64,000 nucleotides of DNA, taken from assembly GCA_904063045.1 (NCBI GenBank), contig CAJFCJ010000001.1:1-64000 (forward strand), read 5' to 3'. Position numbers and translations under genes: made by a program. This document shows, one piece after another, positions 45,401 through 60,740 of the stretch. Position 1 is the stretch's first letter; each line of letters opens with the position of its first letter. The notes under the pieces were generated by a model, which saw nothing but the letters and a program-made list of their open reading frames with translations, was not told the DNA's origin and did no database searches. The stretch is from Dimorphilus gyrociliatus (Eukaryota > Animalia > Annelida).

Positions 45401-45603
45401 ATAGGGAAAGAGATTCACAGCGCAACTTTGACGATCAGCTAAATGAAAGGAAAAGACGAAATTCTCGTTAAATTTTATCTTTGAAGAAAGAAAAACCATT
45501 AAAAATTTCTTAAAAAGGGAAAAGTCAAACCTCTTGCCAGTAATTTTGTTTCGTAAATATCGGTTGATGAGATGAGGACAATGAGTAGAAAGTTGGTAGT
45601 CAT
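42409..45603 (-). CDS. ADAM10: ADAM10/kuzbanian-like disintegrin metalloprotease, 8 exons, ~738 aa
   Basis: Minus-strand exons 45603-45531, 45438-45204, 45117-44795, 44716-44277, 44116-43884, 43704-43631, 43572-42863, 42537-42409 are phase-consistent (2217 nt). Prodomain KAHQRRFNLVLKRD, furin site RRKR|AV, TCTLFLQADHLF, GTLGLAW, SLNTG, zinc motif HEIGHSMGSNHD with Met-turn YLMY, disintegrin CGNSLVEEDEECDCG, Cys-rich GYCDVFHKCR, TM WYLVLIMAISLIIILAIFM. Start is uncertain (45603 or 45388); it may be a paralog rather than the true ortholog. Confidence 0.9.
43820..43868. repeat. (CATT)n grading into (CGTT)n microsatellite inside an ADAM intron
   Basis: Directly visible tetranucleotide array. Confidence 0.85.
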
Positions 45604-46100
45604 TAGTATAAAAATATTGCCCAAAAAATTAAGAGAGGAAAGAAGTAGGAAGAGGATTGGGGAAGGCTTAGAGAGAGAATGAGAGAGGAGGAGGAGAAGG
45701 AGAGGACTGGAAGGATAAAAATTGAGAGAATATGTTAATGAGAGAAAAGTGTTTGCTAGCTATTACAGGTATTGAGCCTACTCAGCGGCGGAGCGCGTTA
45801 AAAATGTATAGATTAGAAATGAATGAATGAACGAATGGATGGATAAATAAGAAAAAATTTAAATGAGATTCTCCTTAGTGAAACTTATATATAATGTAAA
45901 TAACTGAATACACATATTTGTACAAACTAAATTTTTAGAGACGGCTAATTATGAAAAAAAAATTCGATAAATGCCATCTGCTTATATCGGATATAAAAGA
46001 GAAAGATTATTAAATTCATTCACAAAAGTTCAACTTTTATGAAACGAGAAAGACACCAGGAAACTTTATTTTAGAATCTCGGTTGTTACGGTGAAAGATA

Positions 46101-46105
<5 letters not shown>

Positions 46106-46180
<75 letters not shown>

Positions 46181-46220
46181 AACAGAGAGGGAAACAGAGA
46201 GGGAGAAAGAGGGAGATAGG
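46106..46220. repeat. (GA)n microsatellite (~36 units plus degenerate tail) between the divergent ADAM10-like and DUF229 genes
   Basis: Pure GA run at ~46106-46177 followed by GGGAAACAGAGA units. Confidence 0.9.
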
Positions 46221-46377
46221 GAAAGAGAGAACAAATAAGCATAATTGTAAGAAAAAGAACTGAAATAGGAGACTCATTTAATTCTAAACAAACTGAACAT
46301 TAAACAACAATTACTCTTTACATATTTGCCTTATCTATCCATAAAACATTGTGATGTACGGATAAACAATCAATTAC

Positions 46378-49300
46378 ATGATGTATTTGACGAAAGGAAC
46401 TTTAGCTTTAAGTCTTTGTCTTTCTTTTATAGTTTTTTACTATGCCTTTAAAAACTTATCCATTGGATCCAGCTTCAATTTTGACACATTGAATATTCTA
46501 GACAATTCTAAAGTTTGTTACATGGGCGAATGGTTATTGATAAACAATTCTACTGTTCAAGCGAAAGTAGAAGCTCTAAGAAATTTGAAAAGATTCGATT
46601 GTACATTTACCGAGATATATAGAAATTTCAAAGATAATACAGTGTATTTATCAGCCGAAACTCATCGACTTGTATTCAATGGTCCAGAGAAGAAATTTCA
46701 TATGAGGAACAACTTTTACGATGTGAGATGCTGGAACAAATATTCCGATTATCATACGACAATTGCCAAGTTGGGAAAAGGTTCAACAATGACCCCAACC
46801 AAATCGCAGTCCACCAAAATTGAAGAGGATGGGTGCAAATTTCCATTTATCGATTTCTTTCATCCTTCTCTCTACAGACGCTATAAAGATTTGGGTAATT
46901 ACAAGTGCAAAGGTTTACATATGACCTACCTTGTCGATGGCATACTTAGATACAACGAAACGGACATCAATACATTCGTCAACAAGAAGATAGCAATCGA
47001 TTTCAATTGTTCAGTTAGCCAAATAGTAAGAAAGGCAGAATCTTACAATGATTATATATTCTATAGGAATCTTACTGATTCATTGAAAATCCCCTTTGAA
47101 TTTATCAGGGTGAAATGTTTCAATAAATCTGGAAGCGTTTTCCATACTGATTATCACGCCCAAATTATAAAAAAGAACAAAGGGATTAAGGTCATTCCGA
47201 AAGATGAGAAAAACTCCAAGGACAAATTGAACGTTCTTATAGTTGGCATGGATTCAACGTCTAGAGGTAATTTCGTTAGGCATATGCCCAAATTACGCAG
47301 TTTTCTTAAAGACGAAATGAAGGCGGTAGAGATGAAAAGATTTAATAAGGTTCAAAAGAACACTGTGGTAAACATAATGCCGTTAATGACTGGGAGTTAT
47401 CTAAGAGAGATAGAAAGAAAGTTTGTCAATGAGTCGTCGCCGTTTAGCAGACGTTTCTATGACGACGAAATTGACAATTTTATATGGAAAGAATATTCAA
47501 AATTGGGCTATTTTACTCTTATGGCGGAGGACGCTTACTACATGGCTACATTTAACTATTTAACGAGAGGCTTCCGAAACCCGCCAACCGATTACTACTA
47601 CAGGTAAAAAACAAGACAGCTTTTTGTTTAAAGTAGCGTAGCCCTAAAAACACTGTAGTGTTCACGTCAATAAGTACAGTTACAGATTGGAAAATTGATA
47701 GATGGCTAGCTGGCCAGATAGATGGAGTAAATGTTGAATATATTGTATATATAGTATATATAGATGTATATTAGGGTTAGGGTTAAGGGCTAACCTGACA
47801 ATAAATAAATGATAAATCAGTGCATTTTTTTATTTACTAAGAATTCTCCTAACCATCCTTCTATTAGCTAGATGCGTAGGAGAGTTGAGTTTAAGTTTTA
47901 TTTATACAATATATTTACACTTGATTATATAGTATATATAGAGAGATAAATGGATATTTAAGTTATACATTCATGCACAATTCACACAGAATCTACATTC
48001 ACTGTTCTTATTATAGTAAATAATTACTCGAATCACAATTAAACAGATACGAAAAGTAAGATGTTTTTCCACTAAACACTAATTAGATAGATTGATTAAT
48101 AATTAATTGATTGTAACAAAACGACTAGAGAAATGTTGAAGACTAGATACTATAACGGTTAATATTTTATTAATTATATCCACTGAAATGATATTCAACA
48201 CGTGCTACTCGAATTCTCTCTTTAATGGAGAAAGTTGAAGGAAAAAATCATTAAGATGCACAGCTAATGCAATAGTTCATTGAATTCATATACGCAGCAC
48301 ACTCAGATATATATAGTATATACATATTCTGTATATATACGATATAATATTCTTATTGCTTTGCATTCTATTTAAATAAGAAACTTTCTGTGTTAACCCC
48401 CGCCAGGCCACTTGCTATTGCCAGTGAAAAGGCTAATTACGACCTTTGTGCTGGAAACAAGCTAAAGAGTAAAAGAATCGTAGATTACACTAATGAATTC
48501 ATTAACAAGTTTAAAGATGAGAAATACTTTGCTTTCGTATTCGGTACGCAGGTTACTCACGACAATAATAATGGATTGTCAAGAGTCAAGGATCTCTACT
48601 GGGATTTTATTACGAATAATTATTACAAAGGTGTCCTAAACAATACTCTTCTCATTGTTATGGGTGATCACGGCCCTAGATGGGGATACGTTAGATCGTC
48701 GCAATTCGGATGGTTTGAAGATATGATGCCGGCCATGTATGTAGCCTTTCCCCCGTGGTTTAGGAAGAAATATCCCCGGCATATTGCCAATTTAGAAGAA
48801 AACTCTGAGAGGTTAATGACCTTTTTCGATTTACACCAGATGCTCCTTGACGTACTACACTTTCGAGGAAACGAAGCCGATAGAGAGCTTGATTCAAGCA
48901 ATAGAGCTATAAGTCCTTTTTCCGAAATACCTAGAAAGAGAGATTGCAAGGCCGCTAATGTGAGCGAAGAATTCTGTATATGTCAAAATTCGATCAAGAT
49001 TAGTCCTGACTTGAATGAAGTAAAGACAGCAGCGCAAGCAATCATAACTTTTATAAATGATCTTTTGGAGAAGAAGGAAAAGGGAAAATGCGTGAGATTA
49101 TCATTGGAAACTGTAAAGAGTGCTTCGCTCCTAATCGACAAAGAAAACGCTACAAAGTTGTTCAAGAGTTCAAAAGCTAAAGAGAAGATCGCTGGGAAGT
49201 TGAAAGAGGTCAAGTTGAATTTAGTTATAAGCGTTTCACCAAGCCAGGCCGTGTTTGAGGCTCACGTAAGCTGCAAAGGTAAGAAATTGACTACCTGTAA

Positions 49301-49448
49301 AGCTACGGAACACATTTCCAGATTGAATTTATACAAGAATCAATCATATTGCGTTCGAAAAAAATTGAAAGAATTCTGCCTATGCAAGAATCAATTGATC
49401 TCTTCTAAAAATGAAACTATGATTTTCCCAGAGATCGACAAGCTGTAA
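46378..49448 (+). CDS. DUF229-family protein (alkaline phosphatase/sulfatase-like superfamily), type II membrane, 755 aa, 2 exons
   Basis: Exons 46378-47603 (AG|gtaaaa) and 48407-49448 (ccgccag|G). N-terminal hydrophobic anchor LALSLCLSFIVFYYAF. Family-like motifs LNVLIVGMDSTSRGNFVRHMPK, NTVVNIMPLMTG, EDA...TFNY...GF..PPTDYYYRP, THD, VMGDHG, FDLHQMLLD and a C-terminal Cys cluster. Confidence 0.9.
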
Positions 49449-50664
49449 AAGAAAAAATATATAGAAGCAATAGGCTGACAAAGGAAAAAGATGATGATGC
49501 AATTTATGACAATTGTATTGTTTTTTTTTTCTAAGGGAAATTTATTTTACGGGTTTAAAAGAGGAATATTTAAAAATAAAGTGCCGTTGACAAACTCTAC
49601 TTTCAGTTATAAACATTTTATATCCAAATGTACTTGTTTGTGTATCTAGGCTGAAAAAAAGACATAAAAAGAAAACAGTCTTGTTTGAACGAAAAAGAAA
49701 AAGCCAGTCTACATACATATTAAATACAGATTTGTTTAAATGGTGCATACTCCCTTTTTTTCTCTCTCTTTATTAATTTAGGCTTGATTGTTTCCCCACC
49801 AGGGTAGAGCCTAGTTTTTTTTAAGGTTATGCGTAGGTTGGGGGTCAACAAAAGAAGTCGGCCAAAGAAGGCTACGTATTGTTGTAGGAGTAGTTGCGAT
49901 AGGGGGAGGGAGGTGAACTTAATAAGTTTGAAATATTATATAGCACTTGCGGTGTTAAAATGAACAAAGGAAAAGATTGAGATTAGGAAGAGCACAGAGG
50001 GCGAGGGAAAATGGATAGGAGGGATAGAAGAACGGACCGACGTATGGCTGACTGTATAGAGAGAAGACGCATTCTCGTATGGGGGGGAAGAGGAGGAAGA
50101 GGAAGAGGAAGAGAAGGGATTCGGAAGGACATGCTCTTGCAGAATAGTAAAAAAAAACAGCAAGAGAATTTTATAATTAGATTGCGATGATTAAGTTTTC
50201 TCGTTAGCTTTAAAAAGAAAAAGAATGATCCAAAAATCGATGGACGAAATACAATAACTTATTATTCGCCCAGTTGAACAAGCTACAGTGCAAGTAAATA
50301 TAGGATTTTAGACTTAAAGGGGCGTACAGTGTTTCCCTAGTTAAACAAGTGTAATTTATGCACAATATTCAAATGACTATTCTAAAATGATCTAGGGGTA
50401 GTGTAGGCGAGATATGACGTCGAAATCTAGACCTTTAGTCTTTTTAACGCTCGAAAATTAAATATAGTATGGCAATATAAACTTTTGTGACGTAGACAGA
50501 TAAAGGAATACAGTAGAGAGACGTGTAAATATAGCATTCACGAATATAGCAAAATAGAATGACTTAAAATTGAATGCTAGTCTACGACCGACTGAGCTCA
50601 GTTCAATACTTCACGCATGATGAATTTTTAAGGGCCTTTTAAGCCGAGAGAGACGGTATTGAAG

Positions 50665-50714
50665 TCGCCCCTGCACTCCGGGCGTGGCGGTTGTCGAGCG
50701 CTCAGTGTCGAATC
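50665..50714 (+). promoter_or_regulatory. Putative core promoter of the collagen gene
   Basis: GC box GGGCGTGGCG (50680-50689) and Inr-like TCAGT (50702-50706) just upstream of the ATG at 50715. Confidence 0.35.
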
Positions 50715-55554
<4,840 letters not shown>

Positions 55555-56751
55555 TGTTACTCTGATGATAGTTTTACGCAGAATGTGCTTAACCTAGAAA
55601 TTATACACAGCCAGTAGATCATCGTTTTATTTTATTTTTTTTAATTATGATTTTAATAAGATGGTTGTATCTTTTGGAACGAAACAAAACCAACTATTGA
55701 ACAAAAAACAAAAAAAAACAAAACAGGACAAAACAAAATCAACACAAAATTCAATTCAACGTCTTCTTTTGGAAAAATAAAATTTTGCTAGACTTATCGG
55801 AGATTTTCTCCGTACGTGTTTTTTTTTCTCCTTTCCCAATAGCACCAACACTGACATTGTACCTTTCTTTATTACCTTTCTTTATACACTATATTGTAAA
55901 ATAGACTATGGGCAAGTTATGTAGGGCAGCATAGTGGAGACGAAGAGACATGATTTTTTTCATTAAAGGCCCGCTATGGGAAGAAGGGTAATCACTTGGT
56001 CTCGAGTTAACAATACACTCTTTCATTTGTATATTTAACAATCTACTATAGGTAAAATATACCTAGTAGGACTATATTTTAGGAAAGAACGATAGAAGAA
56101 AAAATACGGGATTAGATAGGGACAACAACTTAAAAATCCATCGCTATACTGTATATCAACCAAACGATAAACAATACAAGGATTAAAGAGACTTTCCTTG
56201 CCACCGCCCCGCCCGCCCTCTGCTCCTACAAGACGACAGCCTATAAATCTTTTTCAATTATTCGACTAATACTAAAAAACAGTTAAATAGAGAGCGACGG
56301 TGGGAATAGAGCAAGAATAAAGAAATGTGTCTCTATGACGAGGAAGAGCCAGAGAGAGAGGTAGAGAGAGAGAGTGAGTGAGTGATTGAGTGAGAATAGA
56401 AGACCCATAATGAGCATGCTTCTCTGTCAATAGTATATAAAAGGGAAACAGTCAATTTATATACGGATTCAGTACTAAATAATTGTATTGTATAGATGGA
56501 TTATTATTATTACGTAAAGTGAGTACAAACGATACGGTTCAATGAATATTTCTTTTAGCAGTATTACGCTATTTTTTTCCTCTAGTTATCATATTATCTC
56601 TTTATTTTAATTTCAAAATGGCGTTCAAAATGCAAGGAAAAAGAGAAAAGATTAGCAATACCTCTATTCATTTGCTTATTCAATATTTTCCATACTACTC
56701 TTCCTTTCTCTCTGTTTTTTCGACTTTAAAATATAGAAAAGGTTAGAGGAG

Positions 56752-57039
56752 TTATTTCTGAAAGATCAAAAAGAGTATAGGGAAGAAAAGATACACGGTG
56801 AATTGTAAATTCGACGATCTATTGCACAAGTCAGTTTCACAACAACTTATTTTACCAGTTAAAGCCCCATCGCCTCCTCTCGACCCTGAAACGCAATTTT
56901 CCGACTTTATACCCATAACAGTACTGTTCCAACATCCTCTAGTGAGAACTTCATGTACACCCTGGGTCTGTTCAAGTTTCTAAAGGGAGAAAACACCAAA
57001 AAATGGACGTGAGAAACGGAGAGAAAGAGAGCTGGAGAT

Positions 57040-57080
<41 letters not shown>

Positions 57081-57331
57081 TGAACGGGCTAAACTGAAAA
57101 AAAAATGCCTACATAACACTGCGTTGAACATCCTCCTTCAGAGCCGTTAATTTGTTTTAGCTGTTGTACGCCGGGCTGATTGACGAAGGGGTCATTACAG
57201 TAATCACCTAGAATTGTCGATCCACTTTTAGTATACTTGCACACGTAACAGTCAATTCCAGTAAAACCCGTTCGAAAGAGTAGGGAAAGTAGGAGAATCT
57301 GGACGAAAAATAGTTGTACTAACGACGGCAT
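56752..57331 (-). CDS. Ly6/uPAR three-finger (quiver/sleepless-like) GPI-anchored protein, 148 aa, 2 exons
   Basis: Exon 57331-57113 (MPSLVQLFFVQILLLSLLFRTGFTG IDCYVC...YCNDPF...GCSTQCY|gtaggc) and exon 56979-56752 (KLEQ...TRGCW...NCVS...ISCCETDLCN RSSNLQFTVYLFFPILFLIFQK*). Signal peptide, 10 Cys, CCxxxLCN signature and hydrophobic C-terminus. Exon 2 is absent from the ORF track in this frame. Confidence 0.88.
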
Positions 57332-60099
57332 TCTTGATATAAAAGAATTCAACAGTTAGACCGTCTCTAACTGTTTGTTTTTGAAAATTCAATATACCTT
57401 TAAAAGCGTTTGCCTCCTCCCGACAGCATGTTAGACAAACAAATAAAACTAAAGGTCAACTATTCGGTAGAATACTACTCTTCTCACTCTTTTTAATTTC
57501 CATAATGCTTCCGAAAATTTCCTATCGTTTTCATTTTGAAATTATTTGCATTCTCTCAACATTTCTCTGCTCTTATTTCCATTCCATTCCATTCATATAG
57601 ACCCCGTCTTTTAAGTTTTCAATCGCCAATGTTTCATAGAAGCATATTTTCCTACTATATCCGATAGGAGGCGTTCTTTGGCGGATGAGCGAAAGAGTGA
57701 ACAACAGCGTCATCTGTACGAAAGAGAGGCGTTAGTCTGACAATTAATTCCTTGTACCTTTGAAAGCGTAATGTTATCTAATTGAAAATGAGCTACCTGT
57801 AGCTCTGTACAGGTCGGTAATTGAAAAAAAAGGCCGACTTTGCTTGAAAAAGCGATTACGTAATTGAGTTAAAATTTCACAAATTGATCAACAATCACCT
57901 ATTGACGAAATGATGGCGGGGGGGAATGGGTGGGAGGGGATGGTTAGAAGGTGGAGGAAAGGATTTAGGGTGTTAGTTTTTTTTGGGGAGGGGAAAGATA
58001 AAAGAGCGCTGGAGAAGTGAGAAGAAACGCAAAACAAAGGACACAATTTAAGGATAATAGAAGAGAAAACGAAAAAAAACTCATCTGAAAAACAGAGGCC
58101 GACAACGTAGTTATTTGTTTAGACTGGCGTGTTTTGCACATAAATCACTGACGCGTTACTATAAACTAAACTATTAAACTAGAGACAGATTTCGTAAGAA
58201 ATCCTCTGGTCTTGCTACTAATTAAACAGTTGGTGATAATCGTTACAAGTTGAGTTGAAAAAGATAAAATAGGCCTATATAGAATGATATTAGAACCGGT
58301 TATATATGCTAACTCTTCCTTTTTCTCTCTTTTTTTTATTTAGCAACTGGAAACTGTGAGATGATAATAGATTTCTAGAGAAAAGTAGCTAGCTGTATTT
58401 TACCAACAGACTGCTGCCAGTCATCAAACTCTTGTCAAAACCATAAACTTACTACCGACTTGTCAAGCCTGTTTAAGAGCTGCCATCTGCTCTAAGGAAT
58501 AGGCTACAACACCATATTCTCTTGCAATTTCCCACCTTATTTCTTTGCTGATAGACGATAAAAAAAAACAACAACAACATGAAAAACAACAACAAATCAA
58601 CAAAGAATATTTCAACTTTTTAAGCGTAAAATTATTAAAGAAGACTAAAGTGTTAATTTATTCGAGAATGTATGAAGAAGAAAAAAATGAACGAATGAAT
58701 GAAGGAGTGAAATGTTTTATTCAAGTTTAAAGCGATGTAGAGAAAAGAGAAAGGAGAGTTTTAAGAATGTGTTGATTGAATTGTTTGAATAGAAGTAATA
58801 ACAAAAAAGAGAGCGTGGAGTGAAAGAGAGAAGGAGAGAGAGAGAGAGAGGAAAGAAGGAAAAAAAAATAAAAACAAAATAAAATAACTGGCATCAATTC
58901 AGAATATTTATTGCGAAGCGCTCCTATATGCTTTATAGTCAATAATAATTTACAGCTGCTAAAACACTTTAACACAGTTGTATATGTGAGAAAAACACAT
59001 CTGCCTGACATTTTTCTCGCACATTTTATCGCCTAATTTCCGAACACGTTTTACGACTTGACATCCCCTAATACACTTTTTAACGCTTTTCAAATTCCTA
59101 GTATGTTTAACAAAAGGCCAAGAANTGGTAAAAAAAGAGCAAAGCGAAAGTGGGTAGGCAGAGGAAGAGAGAAAGGAAAAAGAGCAGATGAAAAACATCT
59201 ATTATTTCTCTTGAAGTTTGAGCTTTAAAAAATTAGAGAGAAATATGCTGGAACTAGCTCTATTTACGGTGCAAAATGTGTTATTTTTCTGATAAAATTC
59301 ATTGTATTTCTACTGGGAACTGGATAATTACAATTAAATAGAAGAGACTACTGAAAGTATTCTTGGAAATACTAGGAAAATGTTGCTATTAATAAAAATT
59401 TCATATATATCTATTACGTAGGAAGTAAAAGCATATTCTTTTATCAGATTAAAGCGGAAATTTGGAGCTGATTTAATTGTTTTCTATTTTTTTTAACCTT
59501 ATAGTAATTACACTTAAAATTCTTATTTAGAGGGAGAGGGAGAGAGAGAGACTTACGTACTCTAAACTGGAGGTATTTAAGGTCATTTCATTATTTTCTA
59601 AATTTCGAATTGTTTTTTTCCTTTCTCTTTCTTCCCGTCATCCTTTCTCTTACAGACTTAGACTTTCTAAAAATATCACCTTTTTTCCACAATCAATAAA
59701 ACGAAATTAATATACTGACCGAACTTTATCGTAACTTGTACTTTTTTCCAGAGATAATACATTATTGATGGTTTTTACAATCGTGCCTAGTGCTAGGGAT
59801 CTCTTCGACTTAGAATCATTATTTCTTGGTATAGTCTCTGGTTTATAAACCGTTAGGTGGCCGGTACGATCAATAATGCTATTATACTTTTTAATGAGTC
59901 GACCAAGGTGTAGAAACTTATATAAAGATATGATTTTAGTACAAATTTTTTTTAAATATGAGTGTTTACCGATATATCCTGCAAATAGGGCAGTCCTCGA
60001 TTTAGTTTAATTATTACTCGTAGCTCCGTCTATTGGCCACCGGGATTCCAGAATCGAGATCAGTCATGTACAATCGTCGAATTATTCTAGGATCATTAA

Positions 60100-60704
60100 A
60101 TGCCTCAAATTTTAGGATTTTTTAGTAACAGAGTGAATTTTACAGATTCACGTAGTTCTGCAAGTTTTTCTTCGGCATCGTCAGCTTCCCCAGACTCAAC
60201 TATTAATAATGAAGCGCCTAAAATGACTTCACCGAAACGAAAAGCCGAGTTTTCAAATGGTATTACACCCATTGTAAAGAGGATCAAAACAGAAATTCCA
60301 GACGAAGAAGTGTCAGATGCGTCAAGATTGCAAAACAAGAAGAAATTAGGAGTAAGCGGAAAGACTGCTGAAGACGAATTATGTTCAATTTGCGGGGATA
60401 GGGCGTCAGGTATAATATATTTTATAAAACATTATTGTTCTAACGTTTTTACATTTGTCTTTATTATTTCATTTAGGTTATCACTATAATGCTCTATCTT
60501 GCGAAGGTTGTAAAGGTCTGTATAAAAAAAACATTATAGTATTTTATAATAGATTATTGTACAAGGGCAGTCATTCATAGAAATGGTCAACGACCGACAA
60601 TAAGCAGAGTTCATAATTTATTTTGCATAATTACAAAAAAGCTAAATAGAAAAGTCAATGGACTAATACATATTGTACATGCATAGATACATATAAATTA
60701 TAAC

Positions 60705-60740
<36 letters not shown>

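Noticed and set aside
48668-49213. Antisense ORFs within DUF229 exon 2
   Set aside because: Shadow ORFs of a real coding exon.
49542-49750. Strong minus-strand acceptor at 49651 with a short downstream ORF
   Set aside because: No upstream coding exon or recognisable product; may be chance in T-rich 3' UTR sequence.
59125-59125. Single N base
   Set aside because: Assembly ambiguity, not biology; spacing upstream of EcR may be unreliable here.
59894-60145. Possible extra upstream EcR exons (ATGAGTCGACCAAG|gtgtag; 60024-60067 SVYWPPGFQNRDQS)
   Set aside because: Phases fit but the donors are weak and there is no homology support; left as an unresolved N-terminus.
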